A stretch of 43,907 nucleotides of DNA from a virus (IMGVR_UViG_3300037458_001171:1-43907); one strand, 5' to 3'; shown: positions 1 to 7,743, counted from the stretch's first letter. Notes: a model not told the origin generated them from the sequence alone. Numbers and translations are program-made.

Positions 1-363
1 CTCTGCCGAGTTGATTGCAAGCGACGCCGGGTGCCCGCATGGCAGTGCCGATTCAGGACGGCCTAAGTCGGCCTTCGGCTCGTCCCATCCTCTTTCCAGC
101 AGCGCATCGCGCTCAGCGCGCAAACCGGACACGATTTTGATCGCATCGTCTGCCGCCTTGCGGTCGCCATGCGTCTCGCGGTAACTGCCGTCGTCGCCGT
201 GAATGATTGCCATCACATCGCGGCCAGCTTGTACTGCGGCGCGCAGCCGCTCGATCTCTGCAACGGCCTGCCGCACGTCGCCGTAACAAAGGCCATCTCT
301 AATGATGATGGCATCGTTTTCTCGCGACTCGGCAAATGATCGTAGCGCGTCAGTTGCACTCAT
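1..363 (-). CDS. Ead/Ea22-like mosaic hypothetical protein, partial (runs off the left edge)
   Basis: Hand translation from ATG 363: MSATDALRSF...EIERLRAAVQAGRDVMAIIHGDDGSYRETHGDRKAADDAI..., open to position 1; shares a block with ORF 1655-2164. Confidence 0.7.
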   Translation of the reverse strand, partial: MSATDALRSFAESRENDAIIIRDGLCYGDVRQAVAEIERLRAAVQAGRDVMAIIHGDDGSYRETHGDRKAADDAIKIVSGLRAERDALLERGWDEPKADLGRPESALPCGHPASLAINSAE

Positions 364-661
364 ACGCTTTCCTCGCTGTGTCGATTGCTGCGTCAAGCCC
401 CGTCCCTGAGCAGCCAATGGGCAGATGCAGCGTGAGCAGAGAAATTCTCATCCACCGATACCGCTCCGCATCTTCGCGCAGCGCATCTAGCTCGGTTCGC
501 AGCCACTCTATTTCATCGAGCATCGCGTGCAGGAACCTGCTGCCGGCAAAGTTTGTCTCCACCACCGGCCAACGCACGCCTTCGCGGAATGCCTTGACGC
601 AGCCGTTATCTGCGCGCTCGACACGGTATTTTCCTGATGCAAACTCAAAAACTTTGGTCAT
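350..661 (-). CDS. Ead/Ea22-like hypothetical protein
   Basis: EIEWLRTELDALREDAERYRW and LDAAIDTARK segments typical of small phage accessory proteins; overlaps both neighbours. Confidence 0.7.
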   Translation of the reverse strand: MTKVFEFASGKYRVERADNGCVKAFREGVRWPVVETNFAGSRFLHAMLDEIEWLRTELDALREDAERYRWMRISLLTLHLPIGCSGTGLDAAIDTARKAYECN

Positions 662-1203
662 GCTTTCCTCGCTGCGTCGATTGCATCATCAAGCGATGAC
701 GCTTTGCTAGATGCGTTTATGGCAATTTGCATTCGCCTCACGAATGAGTTTGCATACATAGGCGAGTCGAAGCAAAGACGCACGTCGCCAGCGGTCTGTA
801 GCGCTGCTGCGCCTATCAATCCTTCGGGCCAAAGTTTCTTTGTCAGCGCTCGCAGTGCATCCCGCTCGGCACGCAACCGCATCTGCTCATCAACGGCTCT
901 GGCAACAGCGTTGCAGGACGCACTCCGGTAGTCATCGTGCATCTTCCGCGCTTTCTCCGCGGAGTCTGGAGTATTCGCCAGCGCAACAACTCCGCAGGCG
1001 ACAACGCGCATTTTCTCCCGCTCAAGCTCCGCGCGCAGCCGCTCGATCTCGTCGAGCATATGCGCCATTTCGAGCAAGTTCGCGTTGTGTGCTTTCGCGG
1101 TCTCTGCGTCCAAGGCGCGCAGCCGCTCGATCTCGTACCACAGCTCTCCCGCCTCGTCCTCCGTCAGGGCGCCTCTTAGGCGCAAGCGCTGTACGTCGCT
1201 CAT
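658..1203 (-). CDS. Ead/Ea22-like coiled-coil hypothetical protein
   Basis: Start moved to ATG 1203 (ATGA overlap with upstream stop); repeated EIERLRA and C-terminal LDDAIDAARKA. Confidence 0.7.
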   Translation of the reverse strand: MSDVQRLRLRGALTEDEAGELWYEIERLRALDAETAKAHNANLLEMAHMLDEIERLRAELEREKMRVVACGVVALANTPDSAEKARKMHDDYRSASCNAVARAVDEQMRLRAERDALRALTKKLWPEGLIGAAALQTAGDVRLCFDSPMYANSFVRRMQIAINASSKASSLDDAIDAARKA

Positions 1204-1658
1204 GGCCTGTTCCCCAGCGTCGCCATGGCGTTGTCCGCGATCATCATCAGGAAATTCGCCGCATCGGCGCACTCGGCGATTACGGCCTCCGGGCTACTGG
1301 ACGCATCGAGCTCGCGCAGCTCGTCGTCTATCCGCTCGCGCAGCCATCGAACGCTGCAGCGCGACCACCCGCCCTTGTCTTCGTTCGCCCGCAGCTCTTC
1401 CTCCATCCTGTCGGCAAACCAGCGCACGGAAGGTCTGATTTTCGTGCTGTTCGTCATCGCAGTTTTCCCCCGCAGCAGTTCTTCGGCACGGATAAGAATC
1501 GACTCAACGGCGATTGATTGAAGTCGCTTACCCATTCCGTCTTTCCACTCATCCACCGCCTGCGCGATTGCGATGGCACGGCGGATTTCCTCTTCAGTAA
1601 CCAAGCATTGCTCCCCAAAGTGCGGAGGCTCCTCCTCGAACCGCTCAAGCAGTGTCAT
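1200..1658 (-). CDS. MazG-like (all-alpha NTP pyrophosphohydrolase) domain protein
   Basis: C-terminal RIDDELRELD...VIAECADAANFLMMIAD matches the ExxE...ExxD pattern of the MazG superfamily. Confidence 0.55.
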   Translation of the reverse strand: MTLLERFEEEPPHFGEQCLVTEEEIRRAIAIAQAVDEWKDGMGKRLQSIAVESILIRAEELLRGKTAMTNSTKIRPSVRWFADRMEEELRANEDKGGWSRCSVRWLRERIDDELRELDASSSPEAVIAECADAANFLMMIADNAMATLGNRP

Positions 1659-2164
1659 GGCGCCTCCTTCAGCGCGGCGGTCGCCTTTTCAATAGCTAGC
1701 ACGAGCTTTTGATAACGACCTGGTGCTGGCGCGACTCCAGCTGCTCTGTAGTCGGCGTATCTGTCGCAGATGCAGGTCAGCAACTCCCGCAGCCGGTCGC
1801 GCTCACCAGTAAGGTCTCCAGCGCGATTCGCATAATCGACACGTTGATAATCAATACGCCCAATCTCAGCGCGCAGCTTTCCAACGACCTCGATCGCGTC
1901 GTCGGCCGCCTTCCGGTCTCCGTGCCGCTCCCTGTAGGCGCCGTCGTCGCAGTGGATGACCGCCATCAGGTCGCGGCCGGCCTGCGCGGCCTTCAGGAGC
2001 GCATCCCGCTCTGCCCTGAGAGCCTTTTCCTTTCTGTCGCATGCCATAACTGCGTCTCTCCAGGCGGCAGTCTCCGAGCGCAACTTGGCTATCTCCTCGC
2101 AGTTGGGGTGCGACTCCCCGTCGAACGACACATCCGTCCCGCACCTGCCGCATCTCGCGCTCAT
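1655..2164 (-). CDS. hypothetical coiled-coil protein with N-terminal CxxC
   Basis: ATGA overlaps at both ends; shares the AGRDxMAxIHxDDGxYRExHGDRKAADDAI block with ORF 1-363. Confidence 0.7.
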   Translation of the reverse strand: MSARCGRCGTDVSFDGESHPNCEEIAKLRSETAAWRDAVMACDRKEKALRAERDALLKAAQAGRDLMAVIHCDDGAYRERHGDRKAADDAIEVVGKLRAEIGRIDYQRVDYANRAGDLTGERDRLRELLTCICDRYADYRAAGVAPAPGRYQKLVLAIEKATAALKEAP

Positions 2165-2382
2165 TCGACACCTCCGTCATCGCGCAGATCCCTGTCCAGG
2201 CGCACCACCTCCGAGCCCCTCTCGGCGTCCGCCGCCATCAGGTGTCTCATCAGGCGCTCCGCCTCCCCCGCTGTTTTGTACGGCCACTCCACGCGCTGCC
2301 AGAGCAGCCACAGCGTCATCCAGCCCCTGAACTCCACGTAATATAGCCCCGCGGGCTCCGTTCTTACCACCCTGAACCTCAT
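2161..2382 (-). CDS. hypothetical protein
   Basis: 73 aa, fits the tight minus-strand gene tiling. Confidence 0.6.
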   Translation of the reverse strand: MRFRVVRTEPAGLYYVEFRGWMTLWLLWQRVEWPYKTAGEAERLMRHLMAADAERGSEVVRLDRDLRDDGGVE

Positions 2383-2385
2383 GCG

Positions 2386-2763
2386 TCACCCGCCGTATCC
2401 GAACAGCTCGCCCACCTGGGCCAGCGACGTGGCGCCCCTGCCGTGCCCGGCGCGCTCCCGGACCTGCCTCACCGTCAGCACCTCCCCGTACTCGCTGACC
2501 AGCGTCGTCTCCGGGTCGAGAGCGGAGTTCTCCGTGACCACGCACCCGACGGCGGAGCCGCCCCAGTGCGTGCGCATAGGACAGTCGGAGTCGCAGGTCT
2601 GGTCCGCGAAGCCGAGCACCGTGTCCCTGGCGGCGACGGTCTGTACCGCCAGCGCCCCCAGCGGGCCCTCGGCGTTCCAAAGTTTTACCCAGGTGCGCTC
2701 GCCGTCGGTCTCGGTCTCTATCCTGGTGAACGGCGCCCTGAGGCGGTAGTAACTGGTGCTCAT
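2386..2763 (-). CDS. hypothetical protein
   Basis: 125 aa, AGGAG SD, tiling. Confidence 0.65.
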   Translation of the reverse strand: MSTSYYRLRAPFTRIETETDGERTWVKLWNAEGPLGALAVQTVAARDTVLGFADQTCDSDCPMRTHWGGSAVGCVVTENSALDPETTLVSEYGEVLTVRQVRERAGHGRGATSLAQVGELFGYGG

Positions 2764-2921
2764 CTCCTACTCCTCCAATTCTTGATACGAAGTAGCACAT
2801 ATCTGGGCCACGCGCGGAGCAGTGCGAACGCCCACCAGCGGGCACGCCGCGCCGGCGGCATCGCGTCGTAGTCCCAGTACCTCTTGCTCTCTCTGATGAA
2901 CCAGCCGAACTCGCCAGGCAT
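2760..2921 (-). CDS. small Trp/Arg-rich hypothetical protein
   Basis: MPGEFGWFIRESKRYW..., GAGGTG SD, ATGA overlap downstream. Confidence 0.5.
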   Translation of the reverse strand: MPGEFGWFIRESKRYWDYDAMPPARRARWWAFALLRAWPRYVLLRIKNWRSRR

Positions 2922-3252
2922 CGCGGTCACCTCATCCAGTCGCGCACGCGGCACCCCGCCACGTACGCGTTGAATCTGGCCTCCGGGTAGCTGCGGTGGC
3001 CCGGGCCCCCGCCGGACCAGCGACTGGCAACCCAGCTCCACCAGCCCCAGGAAGACGCCGCCGACACCAGCTCCCACACCGCCCGCAGATCACTCATGGG
3101 TCCCTCCCCAGCGCGGCCCTGCTCTCCTCCGCCGAGATCGTCGCGTCGCTCATTCCGCCTCCCCGCCGCGCTCCCTGACTATCGCCCGCGCCCACGCGCC
3201 GAGGCGGTGGTTGTCTTTCAGGTCCGTCAGCTCCGCCGCCCTCAAGTATGTA

Positions 3253-3468
3253 TCATCCATCGCCGTAGTCTCCCGCAAATTCGGAGGCCGCCCGCAGGAT
3301 CGTTCGGATCACCTCCCTCTTGTCCGGCCTGGAATCGCCCGGGAAATCCCGGTCCACCCGCATGGCGACGGCCTCGGCGACCGCCAGCCCGTACCGGAGC
3401 AGCCAGGCCTTCAGCTCGGCCGGGTCCGCGGCCTCCATGCCGGGCGGCATCCTGGGCAACTCTATCAT
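3253..3468 (-). CDS. hypothetical protein
   Basis: Start MIELPRMPP at 3468 overlaps the upstream stop. Confidence 0.55.
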   Translation of the reverse strand: MIELPRMPPGMEAADPAELKAWLLRYGLAVAEAVAMRVDRDFPGDSRPDKREVIRTILRAASEFAGDYGDG

Positions 3469-3674
3469 CTCAGGCCCCGCTCTAGGTTCTGTCTGTATCG
3501 GGTTTTCTTTTTGGCCCTCACGTATTCTTCCAGCTTTCCTCCCCAGTGTCTGCGGACGAACTCCAGCTCCTTGTCCGACAGACCCATCCTGGATCGTCTC
3601 CACGCCGCCACGTGCGCGTCGTGTATCCCGCGCTTGATCCTCGCCGACCTCGAGAGTGTGTCCAATGATCTCAT
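3465..3674 (-). CDS. small basic hypothetical protein
   Basis: Start MRSLDTL at 3674, just downstream of the terminator. Confidence 0.5.
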   Translation of the reverse strand: MRSLDTLSRSARIKRGIHDAHVAAWRRSRMGLSDKELEFVRRHWGGKLEEYVRAKKKTRYRQNLERGLR

Positions 3675-3683
3675 GGTTTCCGG

Positions 3684-3718
3684 AAAAAAAAAAAAACGGG
3701 AGTCTAGGAGACCTCCCG
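3684..3718 (-). terminator. intrinsic terminator
   Basis: Minus strand CGGGAG(G)TCT-CCT-AGACTCCCG hairpin followed by T13. Confidence 0.8.
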
Positions 3719-4048
3719 GATTGCTTTGTTCATGTCGGCCACGGGCCGCTTCGCCGCCGCGGTGGCGGCGCTCAGGAGCTCTTTGTCTTTTTCTTCCAGA
3801 AACATGACGGCGGCCATCATCACGATGTAGTCGGTGAGATCCAGGACGTGCCTGGAGAACGCCTCCCTGACGTCCGGCCTGGAATCCATAAGTCCGGCGA
3901 TCGCCGAGACCTGGGCCAGGCACAGATACGCGGAGCCGTACAGAGACGCCTTGTCCCTGGCCGGCCTGCCCCATCTGGCCTCGATCGCGTCCAGCATCTC
4001 TTCCGTGGCCATCCTGGACTCTTTCGCCAGCCTGATCGGATCTGTCAT
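3704..4048 (-). CDS. hypothetical helical protein
   Basis: MTDPIRLAKE..., AAGGAGG SD. Confidence 0.7.
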   Translation of the reverse strand: MTDPIRLAKESRMATEEMLDAIEARWGRPARDKASLYGSAYLCLAQVSAIAGLMDSRPDVREAFSRHVLDLTDYIVMMAAVMFLEEKDKELLSAATAAAKRPVADMNKAIREVS

Positions 4049-4290
4049 GCCGCCTCCTTTTCTCTGCTTTCCAGGCCCAATTCCTCCGCCGGGGGGATCC
4101 GCCGTATGCTTTTCTCGTCCGCGTACAGCACATGCCCGTCGTCGGTGTAGAACTGCGGCTCGTACGTCCAGCACGTGGGGTTGTCGAAGCGGGCCTCCAG
4201 ACGGATTATTCTTCCGAGATACTTCACGTGCGCCGGCCCGGTGCTGACGATGATGCAGAGGTCCCCGCGCTGCAGTGGTCGGTCGACCAT
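4045..4290 (-). CDS. hypothetical protein (possible SH3-like fold)
   Basis: MVDRPLQRGDLCIIVSTG..., GAGG SD. Confidence 0.6.
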   Translation of the reverse strand: MVDRPLQRGDLCIIVSTGPAHVKYLGRIIRLEARFDNPTCWTYEPQFYTDDGHVLYADEKSIRRIPPAEELGLESREKEAA

Positions 4291-4291
4291 G

Positions 4292-4558
4292 TCAGCACCT
4301 CTCCAGGGCGTCGAGTCTGTTCTTCTCGAGCTCTCGGAGCCAGTTGGCCAGATCCACGCCGCCACCGTCTCGCCTCTCGAACGCCCCGAAGTAGCACGTC
4401 TCGCCGTCCTCGAAGTAGCCGAGTATTTCGCCCCGCTCGACTCCCCTGTCCAGCATGCGCCTGACAGCCCCCTCCGCGGCGACCGGGGCCGGGTGGTATC
4501 CGGGCGGCAGGTGCACGAGTTTGCTGAGCGCGATCTCTCCGTAGAATCTGACTTCCAT
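4292..4558 (-). CDS. hypothetical protein
   Basis: MEVRFYGE..., AGGAG SD. Confidence 0.65.
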   Translation of the reverse strand: MEVRFYGEIALSKLVHLPPGYHPAPVAAEGAVRRMLDRGVERGEILGYFEDGETCYFGAFERRDGGGVDLANWLRELEKNRLDALERC

Positions 4559-4583
4559 GGCTCTCTCCTGTGTGAGATTGGTG

Positions 4584-4712
4584 TCACTTCCTGCGCTTCT
4601 CACCGGCCTTGCCGGTCTTCCCCTTCTGCTGCTTCTCCTTCTCCCAGCGCTTCGCCATCTCTGGCTTCTGGCTGTGCATCCACCTGCGCTGCTTCTCGCT
4701 CCTGAACGGCAT
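4584..4712 (-). CDS. small basic protein MPFRSEKQRRWMHSQKPEMAKRWE..., overlapping the upstream gene
   Basis: 42 aa, below the ORF-track cutoff; GGAGG SD; resembles a recurrent small phage protein type (recalled, not searched). Confidence 0.65.
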   Translation of the reverse strand: MPFRSEKQRRWMHSQKPEMAKRWEKEKQQKGKTGKAGEKRRK

Positions 4713-5007
4713 TCTCGTCCTCCCCGATCTCGGCCACCAGAATATCCTCCGCCTCACGCAGGGACAGCGTGAAGTACTCTCCGAAGCCGTACTTCATCGG
4801 TATCTCGACGCGCCCAGGGTCCCGTTTCCAGGTCCTGATCGCGCCGTTCACCCTGGCTTCGCCCACCCTTCCGCTCCTGAGCACCGCCAGCACGCGCTCC
4901 CCGGGGCCCAGGGCCATGATCTCCGCCGCGGTCAGGCGCCTGTACGGGCGCATCTCGGGTCTCTTCCTGCGGTCCGACTGCCGGGCCAGCATCAGTGTCT
5001 CAATCAT
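4600..5007 (-). CDS. hypothetical phage protein
   Basis: RVNGAIRTWKRDPGRVEIPMKYG core; acidic tail overlaps the next gene. Confidence 0.7.
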   Translation of the reverse strand: MIETLMLARQSDRRKRPEMRPYRRLTAAEIMALGPGERVLAVLRSGRVGEARVNGAIRTWKRDPGRVEIPMKYGFGEYFTLSLREAEDILVAEIGEDENAVQEREAAQVDAQPEARDGEALGEGEAAEGEDRQGR

Positions 5008-5308
5008 CCGGAGTCTCCGCGTGCCTTGGGAGCAGCAGCAGTCCGCGCAGCTCCGGGTACCACCTGTCGATGTGCGCCGCGAAGTCCTCCGACACCGACA
5101 CGATACGGTCGAACCTGTAGTCCGTATATTCCCCGCGCTCCCGAACGGGGCTCAGTCCTGAGACCACGGCGTCCGTCGGTCCCACGCGCCATCCTCGGGG
5201 GGAGCCGGTGAGAGCCCACTCCAAGCCGTCGAACTTCAGGTCGCCCACCAGTCCCGTGCGGAGGCTCCCGTCAGAGACCACCGCTCCCGTCTTCACGCAC
5301 TCGTTCAT
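5000..5308 (-). CDS. hypothetical protein
   Basis: MNECVKTG..., GAGG SD. Confidence 0.6.
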   Translation of the reverse strand: MNECVKTGAVVSDGSLRTGLVGDLKFDGLEWALTGSPRGWRVGPTDAVVSGLSPVRERGEYTDYRFDRIVSVSEDFAAHIDRWYPELRGLLLLPRHAETPDD

Positions 5309-5324
5309 AGCGGTCCTCTCTTCG

Positions 5325-5681
5325 TCATGTTCTGGCCTTCGACGCGTAGCACTCGGCCGGGTTGCTTTCCCGCAGCCACCTGGAGTGGAAGCAGTGCGCA
5401 CACCGGTCCAGTCTCCAGGTGCCGTTGCGGCCCAGCTCCTCCGCGACGCGCGCCTCATTGCCCGGGTTGAACAGGTCGCAGAGGTCCTTGGCCGCCTCCG
5501 GGCAGAGCCCGGTCATTTTGCGCACCACCTTAACGCGCTCCACCCTGTCGGCCGGCAGCAGCGCGACTAGGTCCCGCGCCAGCTCGATCCACCGCGGCTC
5601 GATCGAGAATTCGTCGAAGTACAGCGCGGATATCCTGCCGTCCGCCATGCTGATGCCCACTATGCTGCTGCCGATGTGCAT
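5325..5681 (-). CDS. protein with ribosomal protein L7/L12 C-terminal-like segment and C-terminal CxxC
   Basis: RVERVKVVRKMTGLCPEAAKDLCD resembles bL12 KIxVIKxVRxxTGLGLKEAKDLVE; AGGAG SD. Confidence 0.55.
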   Translation of the reverse strand: MHIGSSIVGISMADGRISALYFDEFSIEPRWIELARDLVALLPADRVERVKVVRKMTGLCPEAAKDLCDLFNPGNEARVAEELGRNGTWRLDRCAHCFHSRWLRESNPAECYASKART

Positions 5682-5761
5682 TTCTATTCTCCTATCTCAG
5701 ATGTGGTCTCGGCGCGCAGGGCGCGCGTCTACTCCAGGTATCTCCTCAGCTCTCCGTCCAG

Positions 5762-6067
5762 CTAGTCCTCCTGCTCTTCGTCCTGCTCTTCTTCTTCGAT
5801 GTAGCCGTCTTCCTGGTAGTCATCCCGGGTCTCCCTGTTGCGCTGGCAGAATAGCTTTGAGTAAGGGTCGCAGGTGTAGCGCCTGCAGTCCACGCGCTCG
5901 TGGTACGGCTCGTCGGGGAACGCCCTCCGCGCCGCCATGTTCGCCGACTGCCTGGTGGGGTACAGGGTGCCCTCTATCCCATCCACCCACCACAGCTCGA
6001 CTGAGAAATCGTCCTCCGGTATCTCGATCTCTCGTAGCAGGAACTGCGTCTTGGACTTGGCGGTCAC
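5762..6067 (-). CDS. hypothetical protein with acidic C-terminus
   Basis: GTG start overlapping the upstream TGA. Confidence 0.6.
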   Translation of the reverse strand: MTAKSKTQFLLREIEIPEDDFSVELWWVDGIEGTLYPTRQSANMAARRAFPDEPYHERVDCRRYTCDPYSKLFCQRNRETRDDYQEDGYIEEEEQDEEQED

Positions 6068-6285
6068 TTGATCACCCTTATATTGAACTGTTTTGCCTTG
6101 AAGTGCCGCTCGGTGTACGCCTCCAGTCGCGCGTTCAGCGCCGTGTACTCTTCCATCAGCGCGTCCAGCTCTGGCCCCGAGTCTATGGATGTCAGAATAT
6201 CCGCTATCAGACATTTCGAGCGGAAGACCTCTACGATGATTCTGTCCTGCGTGTTCATGATACCCTTCAAACGTTCCGCGGACAT
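6064..6285 (-). CDS. hypothetical protein
   Basis: MSAERLKG..., AAGGAG SD. Confidence 0.6.
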   Translation of the reverse strand: MSAERLKGIMNTQDRIIVEVFRSKCLIADILTSIDSGPELDALMEEYTALNARLEAYTERHFKAKQFNIRVIK

Positions 6286-6323
6286 GGCCGCTCCTTCGTG
6301 TTGAGATGTCGTCTGAGGTATTA

Positions 6324-6620
6324 TCAGATGAAAATACCGGAAGCGGCCTCGGCGCTGGCTTTGATGCGGCTTTCCCTTGTCTGCCCGCTGACTAGTTGTC
6401 TGGCGCATTGCCTGCACGCGTACAGCGAGCGGTGGGCGTCATACGTCTCCTCGCAGCACTCGGCGTAGCACTCCAACGTGCACACCGCCTTACCCCAGCC
6501 GCAGAATTCGCATTTCTCGCCGGTTGCAGCGATCTTTCTTTTTTCGTAGAACATGCTGGACCCCTCGTCGAGCCTGGCGGACAGCCCATGGATCGCCTCG
6601 AGTATTTTCTTCGCCTTCAT
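6324..6620 (-). CDS. Cys-rich putative zinc-binding protein
   Basis: CEFC...C...CYAECC...CRQC; GAGGAG SD. Confidence 0.65.
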   Translation of the reverse strand: MKAKKILEAIHGLSARLDEGSSMFYEKRKIAATGEKCEFCGWGKAVCTLECYAECCEETYDAHRSLYACRQCARQLVSGQTRESRIKASAEAASGIFI

Positions 6621-6756
6621 GCTGTCGCTCCTCGCGTTGAGATGTCGGTCGAGACGTCGTAAATCAGCTTATCCGAAGGACCCTCCTGGGAGGACGCTTC
6701 GGATAGCCCGTATGGCCTTCGTGCCTGAGGGTTGCCCGGGCTATGGTTTACACACC

Positions 6757-6898
6757 CAGCGCGGAGGCTGGCTCACTAAGACTATGACGAAGTGGCTAAT
6801 GCTCTACCGGACTGAGCTACCCGCCCGTGATTTTGTGGGGGGCGGGGAGGGATTCGAACCCCCGACACTTAGCCGCATAGGTAATACCTTCCGCGCTG
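6757..6898 (-). ncRNA. circularly permuted, anticodon-less tRNA-like RNA (YrlA/Y-RNA-like topology)
   Basis: Minus strand: GGCTAA-GTGTC-GGGGG-TTCGAAT-CCCTC-CCCGCCC-C-CCA (tRNA 3' half, 6874-6836), 9-nt linker, GGGCGGG-TA-GCTC-AGTCCGGTA-GAGC-A-TTAGCC (5' half, 6826-6794); closed by CAGCGCGGA(A)GG/CCTCCGCGCTG. Confidence 0.85.
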
Positions 6899-6978
6899 CC
6901 TTATTATGAGGATTTGTGGCGAGACGATGCTGCGTGACTCACAGTTCGACGCTTACGAAGACGATTGCCACATTTCGC

Positions 6979-7743
6979 TCATTCGAACGGTCCCATCAGG
7001 ATGTCCCTGATGGCCTTTCCTATCCTGACCTGCGTGACCTCCACGCTGTTCGCGCGCTGCCTGGCCCGCTTGATCTCGACGATCAGCTCGTCGAGAGCGG
7101 TCAGCACGTCGGCCTTCTGCAGAGTGGTGGCAGCCCCGCTTCGATGCGTGGTCTCGAACGTGCCGACCACCTCGTCGCGTGACGCCTCCTTGACCTGCGC
7201 CGGGTGCTTGTCGGTGGCCGGGGCGAGCACCACGGGGAACAGAACCTTCTGCGTCTTCGCCGTGCGGTCGGGCCCCGACACCCACACGCCCTTCGGGTCG
7301 GTCTCGTCGTGCGCCCAGCGCCGGGTGGCGTCCAGGGTGGGCATGTGGCTGAACACGTCGGCCTTCATCCGCTCCAGCCGCGCCTCCAGTCCCATCAGCT
7401 CGTCGACCGGGACGCCGGAGGCCACCACGCGCCCGCGGAACTCGATGTCCGCGAGGGCCTTCGTGTTCGTCACGTTCTTGGAGGCCAGCAGATCCTCCGC
7501 GTCGGCCCACATTCCGAGAGCGTACTCCAGCGTGGCCCCCACCGTGGAGGGCAGCGCGCGGTGCTCGGCGGCCGCCGCCTCCATCGCCGCGTTCTCGGGG
7601 CTCTCGACGATCATCCTGAGTGACTTGTCCTGGCCCCGGAAGAAATTCTCGTTCCTGAACTTGTCCCCCGTCTCCTTCATGACGGCGTTGGCGGACCCGA
7701 CCACGGTCTTCTCCGCGGCGAGCAGTTCGTGCAGTTTACCCAC
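6979..7743 (-). CDS. conserved uncharacterised helical protein directly upstream of the permuted tRNA-like RNA
   Basis: GTG start at 7743 with GGAGA SD (MGKLHELLAAEK...); motifs ADI...VPVDELMGLE...PTLD...W and APATDKHPAQV...G....SGA recall a widespread bacterial/phage DUF (possibly DUF7873; from memory). Confidence 0.85.
   Translation of the reverse strand: MGKLHELLAAEKTVVGSANAVMKETGDKFRNENFFRGQDKSLRMIVESPENAAMEAAAAEHRALPSTVGATLEYALGMWADAEDLLASKNVTNTKALADIEFRGRVVASGVPVDELMGLEARLERMKADVFSHMPTLDATRRWAHDETDPKGVWVSGPDRTAKTQKVLFPVVLAPATDKHPAQVKEASRDEVVGTFETTHRSGAATTLQKADVLTALDELIVEIKRARQRANSVEVTQVRIGKAIRDILMGPFE

Noticed and set aside
3465-4133. 222-aa ORF read through the A13 run, as a slippage or phase-variation site
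   Set aside because: The run is the U-tract of a hairpin terminator, and separate well-formed genes explain both sides.
6794-6874. Two-piece (permuted) tmRNA or an ordinary tRNA gene
   Set aside because: It has a full D-arm, G3-C70 rather than G3-U70, C73 rather than A73, and no evident tag reading frame. The halves are reversed with no anticodon loop, so it is not a normal tRNA either.
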